Shown here piece by piece: positions 34,506 to 44,825 of a stretch of 48,199 nucleotides of DNA. This stretch comes from Scyliorhinus canicula (taxonomy: Eukaryota). Numbering within the stretch: position 1 is the stretch's first letter; the number at the start of each line of letters is the position of its first letter. The translations under genes and the position numbers were made by a program. Below the pieces are notes generated by a model. The model was not told the DNA's origin. It searched no databases and was given only the letters and a program-made list of their open reading frames with translations. The stretch is from NCBI RefSeq assembly GCF_902713615.1, contig NW_024055654.1, positions 4,083,185 through 4,131,383 of the forward strand, given 5' to 3'.

Positions 34506-34735
34506 AGTTCATGGTGGACAACAGTCCCGTATTTTGCACTGTGTCTTAGAGCTCCTGTCTGTTGGAGTTTCGACAGAATCTCGGGCAGATGCAGACATGA
34601 TGTGGAGCCATCGAGCAGCGGCGATGTCAGCCACACAAACCCACACCGGGGCGGGGGAGGGGACCACATTAACCTCGAATGAAACTAACCCACCTGTTAC
34701 CAGCAGCGGCAGTAAAAATACACTGCAGAATCCGA
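34506..34735 (-). pseudogene. Relic 3' end of an inverted V, split by a 162-bp insert
   Basis: Minus strand: SDSAVYF codons (34735-34715), 162-bp gap, then GCT CTA AGA (ALR) + CACAGTG + 22 nt + CCATGAACT. Confidence 0.4.
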
Positions 34736-34881
34736 TCCGACCGACAGATCCGTCATCAAACGAGTCTCCAGGGTAACCCAGCCTTGCTATTTCTGATCAG
34801 CTGTTAATTCTCTAAAACTCAGGGCTGGATGTTCAGATCAGGTCCGGGAAAGATATTTTTGACTCTTCAACCAGTCCCACT

Positions 34882-34981
34882 AACGTCACTCGGTTTACAG
34901 ACTTACGTCACTAAATCTGCAGGAAAACATCACACGTGTCCTCAGTCTGACTCCACATAGGCGGTGCTCCGCGCATGCGCA
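34882..34981. promoter_or_regulatory. Putative V7 promoter cluster
   Basis: Two ACGTCACT (34883, 34905), CACGTG, GCGCATGCGCA. Confidence 0.45.
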
Positions 34982-35183
34982 TTTTTCGACCCACTCCCCA
35001 TCCAATGCTGAATCTTCCTCACAGCTTCACTTTGTGATCACAAGCCCATGAGAACCGGCTCGGGCGGGCACGGTGCAGTTGGTATTAGACTCAGTTTGAT
35101 GGACAACAGCGCTGCCTCCGCGGTATTGTCTCTGGCCCTGAACACTACCGAGAGCTACTGAACAGAGATCGATAGGATCCAAC

Positions 35184-35689
35184 ATGAAGCTGAGCTTCAC
35201 TTTAGTGATTATCTCCCTGAATTTCTTACTCTTCTCTCCGTGTGAGTGTAATCACTATATCTGGCAGGAATATGTCACACATCAGACATGTCATGTTATA
35301 GGGACGTATAGTTTCCTTTATTGTATATATTGTTATGTCATGTTGTAGTTGATTGTGCTATATCATATTCTCGCCGTCTGTGTGATATTAAATTATTCAT
35401 GTTATTTTACATCTCAGATGCCGCTGGCAGTGATGAGTTATCGCAGTCTCCAGAGTCAATGGTGGTTCCCGAGGGAGACATTGTATCCTTGGCCTGTTCC
35501 ACCACAGTAGCAGGACAGATCCTCCAATGGTACAGACAATACCCGGATGGAACCATGCAGCACCTGGCGAGCGGTACCAGCGATCAGGGCAGGATCACAG
35601 CTCGGTTCATTTCAGCAGAGAAACACAGCTCTCTGAATGTTAGTGACGTTCGAGTGACAGACACCGCCACCTATCTCTGTGCAGTGAGG
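35184..35689 (+). CDS. TRAV: TCR alpha-type V gene V7, open (exons 35184-35241, 35418-35689)
   Basis: Leader MKLSFTLVIISLNFLLFSP; in frame ...SLACST...LQWYRQYP...DTATYLCAVR. Confidence 0.9.
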
Positions 35690-35728
35690 CACAGTGAACT
35701 GAAAACCATTCAACGCCGTACAAAAATC
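35690..35728 (+). other. 23-RSS of V7
   Basis: CACAGTG + 23 nt + ACAAAAATC. Confidence 0.93.
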
Positions 35729-35949
35729 TGCCGGGTCATTCTGAAAGTGTGTAGCCTGTGCAGTTATCCGAGAGCAGGCATTTTAGTAACACTTCCATGG
35801 ATATGCTGCAATGAGTGAGGTACGTTCGTGATTTGCGTTTACTCTTTCATATCAGAAAAGAAGGGTCAGAATCCATTTAAATTCATTTTATTTCTTTAGA
35901 AGTCACAACCAGAGAGCACGGGTCCCATGGTGCATAATCCAGTACTTAA

Positions 35950-35983
35950 TATGCAAGAGCCCCGCCAGTATTATTAGAAACAT
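35950..35983 (-). pseudogene. Orphan V leader exon (V9 family), dead splice donor
   Basis: ATG TTT CTA ATA ATA CTG GCG GGG CTC TTG CAT A|TTAAGT; V9 leader is MFVIILVVLWH|GTAAGT; upstream promoter homologous to that of V9; no V exon follows. Confidence 0.7.
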
Positions 35984-36105
35984 GTCTGACTGGACCTCTC
36001 AGTGATTGGGAATGGAATGAGTTAGAGATTGAGAGGAGCGAGGGAATCCAGGCTCTGTTGAGCTCAATGTCCCACCCAGACACAGCACGGGAGCCAGGCC
36101 CACTG

Positions 36106-36115
36106 TGACATCACT
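36106..36115 (-). promoter_or_regulatory. CRE-like decamer upstream of the orphan leader
   Basis: AGTGATGTCA about 123 bp upstream of the ATG. Confidence 0.55.
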
Positions 36116-36394
36116 GAACATACGTCTGGCTTTGGTCTCATGTGACTTTCTAACTATCATGCTTGGACTTTGCGCCATCTGCTGGAGGATTCTGCCCAAT
36201 CCGGTTCACAATGGGGGTTTCTGAATGGATTTAAGGTCATTGATATGTATGTGAAAACATCGATGTCAGGAATGAGAACTGACTATCCAAATCTGGATTC
36301 TTCTCGTTACTTCTTTCTCTGGTGCTATCTGTCGGAAGGCAGGTCCAATCCATTGCAACGTCACTGGGAGGCAGGCCGCAACCACTCCAGAGCT

Positions 36395-37190
36395 GGAGGA
36401 GGAGGAATGGTATAGATTGCAGGATGATATTGACGGAAGGGCCAGATGGGCAGAACAGTGGCAAACGGAATTTAACACTGATGCATTTTGGGAGGACGAA
36501 CTTTGCAAGAAAACACACAATGAATGGCAGGACACCAAGAAGTACAGGACCTTGGTGTTCATGCCCACAGATCCCCGCAGGCAACTGGACAAGTAGATAA
36601 GGTGGTGAAGAAGACATACAGGATACTTGCCTTTATTAGCTGAGACATGGAATATAAGAGCAGGGAGGTTATTATGGAGCCGTATAAAATGCTGGTTAGT
36701 CCTCAGCTGGAGTATTTTGTGCACATCCGGTCGCCACCTTACGGAAAGGATGTGATTATAGCAGAGAGGCTGCAGAAGAGATTAATCAGGAGGTTTTCTG
36801 GGCAGGAATGTTTCAGCTCTGAGGAGAGGCTAGATAGCTGGGATATTGTCCTTAAAGCAGAGAATACTGAGGAGGACCAAATCGAGGGGTTAAAAAAAAC
36901 CTTTCCATTAGCAGAAGGGTCAACAACAAAGGGGCATAGATTTAAGGTATGAAGCAGATGATTTAGAGGGAATTTGAGCGCGGTGAGAACCTGGAACTCA
37001 TTGCCCATAAGGCTAGTCCAGGCGGAAACTCTCACAACAATAAAGAAGCGTTTAGATGATGATTTGAAACGCCATTGTAAGCAAGGCGACGGCCAAGTGT
37101 CAGAAATTAGTTTAGTCTAGATAGGTACTTGATGGCCGGAGCAAACACGATGTGTCAAAGGGCCTCTTCTTTTCCGTAAAGCTCTACGAC
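36395..37190 (+). mobile_element. CR1 3' fragment
   Basis: MEYKSREV...LVSPQLEY...TKGHRFKV; CR1-type 3' UTR. Confidence 0.75.
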
Positions 37191-37626
37191 TAAGGAGCCA
37201 GAGGCACGGAAGCTGCCGATGACGCCACAAGGCCACCTCTCCTTAGGTCAAAGAAAGTAAAGGAGAGACTGTACTGAGTTGCTGAAATGTGAGTGGATCT
37301 GTCAATGAAGATGAAACGGAGCTGTTTCAAGCAGATCCTTGGATAGTACAAAGATCGGGGAGAAATAAAGCCCAGGAAAGTTCCATTCATTATGTATACT
37401 GCGATTTGCTGAACTACAGAACAGGTGTCTAAATAAAGGAAGAAAATTCAACAATAACTTTAAGAAGGAAATGTAAAGGCAATTACCTGGTTATGTAGAA
37501 AATGCTATTTTTGAAAGAAGAATAAGGTAACCATTTCAAAGTGTCTCGGGCAATATAGATCGTGTAGCCTCATCCCTGACTCGAAGATTCTAGATTCTAG
37601 TCCGTCATGTCCTTTCCAATATATTT

Positions 37627-37918
37627 CTTCTCAGTGACTTGAACAGTGAGCAGGTGCAGGATGGTCACGGTGCAGTGAAGATTCAACCGTCGCTATTTCC
37701 GGTCCATCAGTTCCGAGTACAGCTGAGAGTCACCGCACACGTCACTCAATATTCAGACTGCGGTACCCCCGCCCACTGCTTCCGGTTGCTGCTCTCACTC
37801 TGACCCAATTGTGGAGAGATTGCTGCTGCTGGTTCATTCCTCTCATTGGCCGGTTCAGCAGTGCAGTGTGACGGGGATCTGTATTTCTGTCTCTGACAGA
37901 GGATATCTCTCATTGCAG
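37627..37918 (+). promoter_or_regulatory. Conserved ~300-bp upstream element of the V8 family (copies 12670-12970, 43855-44140)
   Basis: Invariant GAGCAGGTGCAGGATGGTCAC and GTCGCTATTTCCG blocks in three diverged copies. Confidence 0.6.
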
Positions 37919-37940
37919 AATCACAAACTCAGGAAGGATC

Positions 37941-38445
37941 ATGAGGAACCATCTCGCTTCGCTGCTCGTCATTATCTCACTTCTCAGTCAGTATTTCCTT
38001 CCCAGTAACACTCCATTCTCTTCCTGAATGCCGTAACCCTGATTTTATTGTTGGTAAAATGACAGAGATTATTTTGCTGATGATCGTATTGCTGAATGCG
38101 ATGCTAACTCTGATTGCCATTATTGTTGTTACTTCTGTTAGAATGGAGCCACCAGGACACCGTGGAACAAAAGGAACCTGAAATAACGGTTACAGAGGAA
38201 AGTGAAGTCACATTAACCTGCACCTTGAAAACAGGTGCTGCTAACCCTTATGTGCACTGGTACAGTCAGCAGCTCGGGAAAGCTCCAATGTACATGTTTC
38301 TTCTTATTGGACAGACGGTGCAAAGGAACACCGACCTCAATAATCGGTTTTCTTCTACGTTTGATAAAAAAGACAAGACTACCGAGCTAACGATCAGTAA
38401 CACAATGATCTCCGACAGCGCCGTGTATTTCTGTGCCATGGAGCC
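37941..38445 (+). CDS. TRAV: TCR alpha/delta-type V gene V8, open (exons 37941-37986, 38142-38445)
   Basis: Leader MRNHLASLLVIISLL, GTCAGT donor, TAG acceptor; in frame ...TLTCTL...VHWYSQQ...DSAVYFCAMEP. Confidence 0.88.
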
Positions 38446-38484
38446 CACACTGCTACAGAGATACAGTGGACCCGTACAAAACCC
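38446..38484 (+). other. 23-RSS of V8
   Basis: CACACTG + 23 nt + ACAAAACCC. Confidence 0.88.
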
Positions 38485-38876
38485 CAGACTGGCAGTTCCA
38501 GCTGCTGCTCAGCAGGGCGCGCGTCATCATGGGCAGTTCAGGTTACACAGTGAGTGACAAACATTGTAACAAAACATCTCAAAAATAACAAGAGGTGAGG
38601 TCCACTTGCACAGTTAAACCAATTTCCGATTGCAACTTGCATTCATAACAGATGTAAGATTGACGAATCGATCTGACATTCCTTAAATCCTGCTTCTTGT
38701 TCATATCTTGGTGTACAGACTCACTCACTCAGTAAACTATCAGGTCTCATTGGACAATAGCAAATGCAACAATTTAAATTAATGTTGAGCTTTTCACATC
38801 ATTACATGTCCAAAGGAGTTTCAGAGGAGCATTTAGGTCAAATGATCAAAAACCTGCTCAAAGAGTTCGGTTATTT

Positions 38877-39043
38877 GGGGCGGTACAATGGCTAGCACTG
38901 CAACCTCACAGCGCCAGGGACCCAGATTCTACTCTGGCCTTGGACGAGCTCGTGGCGTTTGCACGTTGTCCCCGGGTCTGTGATGGTTTCCTCCGTGTGC
39001 CGCGGTTTCCTCCCACAATCCAAAAATATGCAGAATAGGTGGT
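38877..39043 (+). mobile_element. Old SINE fragment
   Basis: Diverged SINE head and body. Confidence 0.6.
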
Positions 39044-39049
39044 TTAGAT

Positions 39050-39560
39050 AGATTTAATAAACCTGAATCAGGTCCCCTGTCAGCCTTCTCTGCTCTGAGG
39101 AAAACCATCCTAAGCCAATCAGCCTGTCTTCATAGCAGAAACACTCCATCCCCGGCAACATCCTGGGGAATCTCCACTGCACCCTCTTTCGTGCAATCAA
39201 ATCCTTCCGATAGTGTGGCGACCAGAACTGCACACAGGGATCCAGCCGTTTCCTAACCAGCGTTTCTGCAGCTTCATCATAACCTCCCTGCTCTTATGTT
39301 CAACGGAAATTAAACGCAAATATTTCATAAGCCTTTCTTAACCACCGTATTTACCTGTGCTGCTGCTTTCAGGGCTCTATGGATACGCATCCCAGGTCCC
39401 TCTGGTTACTGTAATTCCGAGCGTCCTACTATTCATTATATATTCCCTTGCCTTTCTAGCCCTCCCAAATTGCATCACCTCGCAAATTTTCAGAGGCCAT
39501 TTGCCACTATTCTAAGGTTTTCCTCTTCATTATTAACCACATCAACAATGTTCTCAGAAT
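39050..39560 (-). mobile_element. CR1 3' fragment
   Basis: Reverse-strand CR1 C-terminal coding resemblance. Confidence 0.6.
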
Positions 39561-40039
39561 CTGCGAACTTACTGATTATACCTCCACCAGCGCCCCTGGG
39601 TTACACGGGATGTGGAGCTGAGGCCATGGTCACCTTAGTCCTGATCTCATTGAATTGTGGAGTAGACCCGAGTGGCCGATTGACCAACTCCCTGCTCCCA
39701 AATCGGATGCTCATATGGCAATGAAAAGGCCCTGCATTTTCCCGAGTCAGTGTCTGTTACTGAGGGAGACACAATCGTTGAGCTGAGCCCCCACACCAAC
39801 AGGCCGTATCCTTCAATGGTGCGTCGATCCCAATACCGCAGCCGGCTCACGGCATTTGCTGTCCCAACATTATCACATCTTGCTTTATTGCAGCAGAGAA
39901 ATGCATTCCTCTGATTGCCAGCGACACGCCAGTGAAAGACAAGGCCAGTAAAATTGGGCAGCCAATACCTGGACATAAATATGTACGCGGAAATCCTGGA
40001 AGTTTGTCACTCGCGGAATTATTATAGCGCGAGGAATGT

Positions 40040-40635
40040 TACAGCACTCAGAATCCCAGATACACAGAACCACCAGTTCAGATGAGGCCTTCCGGTCAAT
40101 CGAGTCTGCACCAACACATGAAAAATACAGGACTAACTACAGGACCTCATTTGTCAGCACGTGTTCCATAGCCTTGAATGTGAAGACGTGTAATGTGCTC
40201 ATCCAGATACTATTTAATGGATGTGAAGCACACAGCCTCTACCACCCTCCCACGTACTTTACTCCAGATAGTCACCATCCTCTGAATAAATAAGATTTTC
40301 CTCAAATCCCCATAACCTCCTGCCCCTCACCTTGAACTTGTGTCCCCCCGTAACTGACCCTTCAACTAAGGGGAACAGCTGCTCCCTATCCGCCCTGCCA
40401 TGACCCTGGTAATCTTGTACACACAAGACTATGCAACTTCTCTTCATAACATAAATGTTCCATCCCAGGCAACATAATGGTGAATCTCTTCTGCAACCCC
40501 TCCAGTGCAATGATATCCTCTTATAATGTGGCGCCCAGAATTGCACACAGTACTCCAGCTGTGGCCTCACCACAGTTCTGTACAACTCCAACATGATCTC
40601 CCTGCTTTTAGAATCCATGCCTCTATTGTCCTGCA
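40040..40635 (-). mobile_element. CR1 3' fragment
   Basis: MDSKSREIMLELYRTVVRPQLEYCVQFWAPHY...GHKFKV. Confidence 0.75.
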
Positions 40636-40659
40636 AGTAGGGACGGTGCGGTGGAACAG

Positions 40660-40785
40660 GAGTGGTACAGTGGTTAGCACTGCTGCCTCACAGCGCCAGG
40701 GACCCGGGTTCACTTCCGGCCGTGAGTGTGCAGTTTGCACTTTCTCCCCATGTCTGCGAGGGTTTCCTCCGGCTGCTCAAGTTTT
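40660..40785 (+). mobile_element. SINE 5' fragment
   Basis: tRNA-like head. Confidence 0.6.
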
Positions 40786-40859
40786 TTTTAAGACCTTATC
40801 AGAGTTACAACGCTAGAGCTCAGAGTGTGGACAGGGGCAAATCCATAATGCAGCTCCAT

Positions 40860-41246
40860 GCCTGCTCCAAAAACCAATTCAAATTGAATCCAATTCATGG
40901 CCCCCAGAAGAGAGACATACCAGATCCACGCATTCCACCTGACCTCACGGTCATCTTAGCAAAATGTCCGAGAAGCGATTTCCTCCCACAGTTCAAAGAT
41001 GTGTAGGAAATCTGGATTGGCCTTGCTAAATTGCCCTTTAGCGCCCCTTCGTCTCAATTGGACGAAGTCTGTCCCTGATCTGCGTGGGAATCCAACATAA
41101 AACATGTCGTGTCAACAGAAACTTCAGGTATTTTCGATCGACAACTTGATATCTATTAAGGTCTAAACCTGGCACCATGTGCTTCCCATGTCCCAGACTG
41201 ATAGTAATTCTCATGTTGTTCAGCGGTTATTGTACATAATAATAAT
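40860..41246. repeat. ~385-bp segment with an inverted copy at 23939-24325
   Basis: Reverse-complement match along the full length. Confidence 0.85.
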
Positions 41247-41548
41247 CTTTATTAGTGTCACAATTAGGCTTAACATTAAGACTGCAATGAAGTTACGTTG
41301 AAAATCCCCTAGTCACCACATTCCGACGCCTGTTCGAGTACACAGAGGGAGAATTCAGAATGTCCAAATTACCTAACAGCATGTATTTTTGGGAATTGTG
41401 GGAGGAAACTGGAACACCCTGAGGAAACCCATGCAGACAGTGGGAGAATGTGCAGACTCCACACAGACAGTGACTCAAGCCGGGAATCGAACCCCGGTTC
41501 CTGGAGCTGTAAGGCAGCAATACAAACCACTGAGCCACAGTGCCGCCC
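41237..41548 (-). mobile_element. Full-length SINE (second subfamily)
   Basis: Head GGGCGGCACTGTGGCTCAGTGG...GGTTCGATTCCC, (ATT)n tail. Confidence 0.8.
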
Positions 41549-42009
41549 ATTAAGTACCTTGTACATTTAGTACCGCAGCAGATATTGATCCATTCTGCAT
41601 TTCGTTACAGGAACGGGTAACGAGGCATCTTTGTCCTTGGACTCATCTGCGAGAGCAGGCCATGATTTTCGTCCATCTCAACTCCTCATTTGAGTGCCTC
41701 CCTCTGCTTGGTAGTTAGATCCCCCGGTTTTAAAGTTACAATAAAATGTGCAGTATAATAGACAATAATAAGATGATAAGGCCATTCGACACAGGAGCAG
41801 AATTAGGCCACTTGGCCCATCGAGTGTGCTTCGCCATTCAATCATGGCTGATATTTTCAGCCAAAGCTCTCAGGATTTCCCAAACTATTCCTCTGTCGAT
41901 CTACACAAGGACAGAAAACTGTCCGGTCAATAGACATGATTGCTTGCCTGAGCCTGGGATCAATTCCTTCTCGGAAGGGAACCTCAGTGATGCTGTAAAC
42001 ACTCACTCA

Positions 42010-42048
42010 GCGTTGTGTACGGGGCTTTAGGTTTTCTCTAACGCTGTT
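42010..42048 (-). other. Broken 23-RSS of V9
   Basis: AACAGCG + 23 nt + ACACAACGC (CAC lost). Confidence 0.7.
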
Positions 42049-42759
42049 TCTCAGTGCGCAGTAATAGACCACCCCGTCCTCCGCATCGAATGCGCTTACA
42101 CTGAGGTAACTGTTCTGTTTAGATTTGTCAGCAACCGCCAGATATCGTCCTGAACCCACATCTTTCTTCATTACTAAGGTGTTGGTGATAATCAATCTCG
42201 GTGGCTGTGCCGGTTTCTCCTGATATCATTGCATTTTGTACATGTTGCGGCCTTTATATTGGCAATTTAACTTCACCGAACCCCCTTCTGGGACAGTTAT
42301 TGTCACTGCTGACTGGGCTACTGGATTACATATAGCCGGCCTGCGAAAGTGAAGGAATGAAATGAACAGATTGTTGTTCCTTTATAAAGTTAGAGTTTGT
42401 TCAATTAAGAGGTGCTTTTTAGCGTGGCTAGTCCACTTAGCCTGTACATCTAGGTTGTGGGAGTGAGAATGTTCAAACACCACACGGACAGTGATCTGGG
42501 ACCGGGATCGAACCCGTGTCCTCAGTGCAATGAGGCAGTAGTGCCAACCATTGCACCACCGTGCCGCCCTGAGTTTAAACAGAGTTGATATAAATCTACT
42601 TCTATCTGCGGCATTTTTTGGGACCTCTGATGCAGGCACGTCATAGACATTCCCGATCGTTAATTACACATAGCCTATGTGTATTAATATGCTAATCTGG
42701 TTTAATTAACACTGTAACTACTTACTGTGCCAAAGCACCACCAGTATTATAACAAACAT
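42049..42759 (-). pseudogene. Inverted V pseudogene V9 (leader 42759-42726, V exon 42340-42049)
   Basis: Leader MFVIILVVLWH with GTAAGT; 1-nt phase shift at exon 2 start; conserved Trp codon is TGA; ends EDGVVYYCALR. Confidence 0.88.
42382..42569 (-). mobile_element. SINE in the V9 leader intron
   Basis: Head GGGCGGCACGGTGGTGCAATGG...GGTTCGATCCC. Confidence 0.75.
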
Positions 42760-42855
42760 GTCTGACTGAATCTCTCCCAGTGAACTGAACTGGACTGAGT
42801 CAGGGATTGTGCAGGAGAGAGGGAACTTAGTGCAATGCAGGGAGAGGGTCTATTG

Positions 42856-42865
42856 TGACATCACT
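42856..42865 (-). promoter_or_regulatory. CRE-like TCR V promoter decamer (V9)
   Basis: AGTGATGTCA about 97 bp upstream of the ATG; identical decamer at 36106-36115. Confidence 0.6.
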
Positions 42866-42869
42866 CGCC

Positions 42870-43005
42870 TTCTTCATTACTAAGGTGTTGGTGATAATCC
42901 ATCTCGGTGGCTGTGCCGGTTTCTCCTGATATCATTGCATTTTGTACATGTTGGGGCCTTTATATTGGCAATTTAACTTCACCGAACCCCCTTCTGGGAC
43001 AGTTA
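42870..43005 (-). repeat. 136-bp duplicate of V9 internal segment 42164-42299
   Basis: 2 mismatches in 136 nt; shares the TGA stop. Confidence 0.92.
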
Positions 43006-43071
43006 GGTGTGACAGATGGTGTCGGCTTGGCCGACACCATCAGGTGAGTTTCTGACGCCCGTGCTTGAATT

Positions 43072-43090
43072 TGGCGCCCTCTGCTGCCGG
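43072..43090 (-). promoter_or_regulatory. CTCF-like motif upstream of V9
   Basis: CCGGCAGCAGAGGGCGCCA. Confidence 0.55.
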
Positions 43091-43554
43091 ATTCGGTTTA
43101 CTCCGTGTTAGAATTCGGCTGTTGAGTGGATTCAGTGTTGACTGCAATGCATATCAGGGCGGGAAACCTAGGCAGAAATCTAAATTTCAGCTGTTAATAC
43201 ACTATCTTTGTCACTATAGGTGTTTCTAATCAAAAAACGATGCTTAATCTGTAGTTCTCGGTTCACACCATGGATGCGATGAAGTCGAAAGAATGCCAAG
43301 ATTTTGGTGGACATGCGGAGGTTAGAACTCAGAATAATAGCAGGGCTCAACAGACTAGTTTTCTTTATTGTGGTTCTGACGAAGAAGGTACAAAAGGGGA
43401 ACTGTTCTGAACATCGCTTTTTTCAGAGACCAGATTGTCTGGAATTATTTTCATTAGCTGAAGGTTAAATGTCCTATAAAGAAGATAGGTGAATGAGATT
43501 TCATGCTGCAAATGTTTGCGAGACAATGAAACGTCTTTGAATGGATCAGCACCG

Positions 43555-43626
43555 AGGCACGGGCGGGATTTGAACCCGCGATTTTTGGTTTACGAAACCA
43601 ACGCCTTTCCTCTTGGCTACCGCACC
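43555..43626 (-). tRNA. tRNA-Thr-CGT: tRNA-Thr-CGT, intact cloverleaf
   Basis: Anticodon stem TTGGT/ACCAA, loop TT-CGT-AA, T-stem GCGGG/CCCGC, acceptor paired. Confidence 0.88.
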
Positions 43627-44168
43627 TTATGCAAGCAAGTGAGGTTGATTGCACTGTGAGTTGTTATCATTTGGAGTCGGGCGCAACAATTGATGAGAGA
43701 AGAAGAATCAATAGAACATTTCAAAAGGTATTGTCAGAACTTGAGAACGGAAAACCCCGCGGGATTTAAATGCAGGGTAAAAAGGGCAATAGAAAAAGTT
43801 ATTTCAAATAGGCGCAGGTAGCGTCAGTTCAATCTGCCCCCACCCCTCCGACACTATATTGTTCTCAGTGAGTTGAGCAGGTGCAGGATGGTCACGGGAT
43901 GCTGGTCCTCAACTGTCGCTATTTCCGCTCCATCACTTGTGACTGCAGCTGATAACTGCCGCACAATTTTCAGCTTTGAGTCTGCGGTGCCCCGGTCACA
44001 GTTTCCGTGTGATGCCGTCGCTCCAACACCATTGGGATATTCTAGACATTGCTGCCGCTGCTCGATTCCTGTCATTGGTTGGATCAGCAATGCAGTGGGA
44101 CCTGAATCTGGATTGCTGCTCTGACAGATAATTGCCTGCGCTAAAGAGCGATTGATTCAGGAACGATC

Positions 44169-44570
44169 GCGGGGAACTGCCTCGTCACCCTCTTCGTTAA
44201 TATCTCGCTACTCAGTATTTCCTTCACTGCAAAACCCCCATTCTCCCCTTACTGAATAACCAGATATTATTGTTAATTAAATAATAATGAGTATGGTGCA
44301 GGTGACCGTTACGTTGGTCAATATGAGGCTGATTCTGAATTTTGAGATTATTATTGTTTTCTGTTCGTTTCTATCAGACTGGAGCCACCAAGACCCAGTG
44401 GAACATCTGGACGCTGAAATGAGGGTTGAAGAGGATACTGACGCCACACAGCAGTACAATCGATACTGACGATCCTGATACACAGTCAGCATCCGGGCAG
44501 CTTGCACGGTTCATATTCCGTCTGATTGGAGAGAATCTGCGTAGCAGCAAATGTCGAAGTGATCGCAATA
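44169..44570 (+). pseudogene. Truncated V pseudogene V10 (V8 family)
   Basis: Leader homologous to V8 but ATG changed to GCG; exon 2 WSHQDPVEH... then a stop, FIFRLIGE homology, no YYC or RSS. Confidence 0.7.
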
Positions 44571-44702
44571 TGACACATATATAGAGAAATATCAGCACAC
44601 AAATATAGAGATCCCTATATGTGTCTGTGCCGTCAATCACATTCTAGCAGAAAGGCAGTGGGTCCCAGAAACAAACCGACACCAAGAGGGGTAGGGGTAT
44701 AT

Positions 44703-44733
<31 letters not shown>

Positions 44734-44825
44734 GGCGGTGATATTCATCTCTCAAGGTGGATGCGAGAGGGCGGTCAGAAAGACCATCGCCATTTATTAT
44801 TATGTGAAAATGGAGCAAGACGGGT

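Noticed and set aside
39585-39601. CTCF-like CCCAGGGGCGCTG
   Set aside because: The core is one G short and it has no paralogous support.
2691-44570. IgH, IgNAR or IgL cluster organisation
   Set aside because: No D, J or C between the Vs; framework motifs and CRE-type promoters fit TCR.
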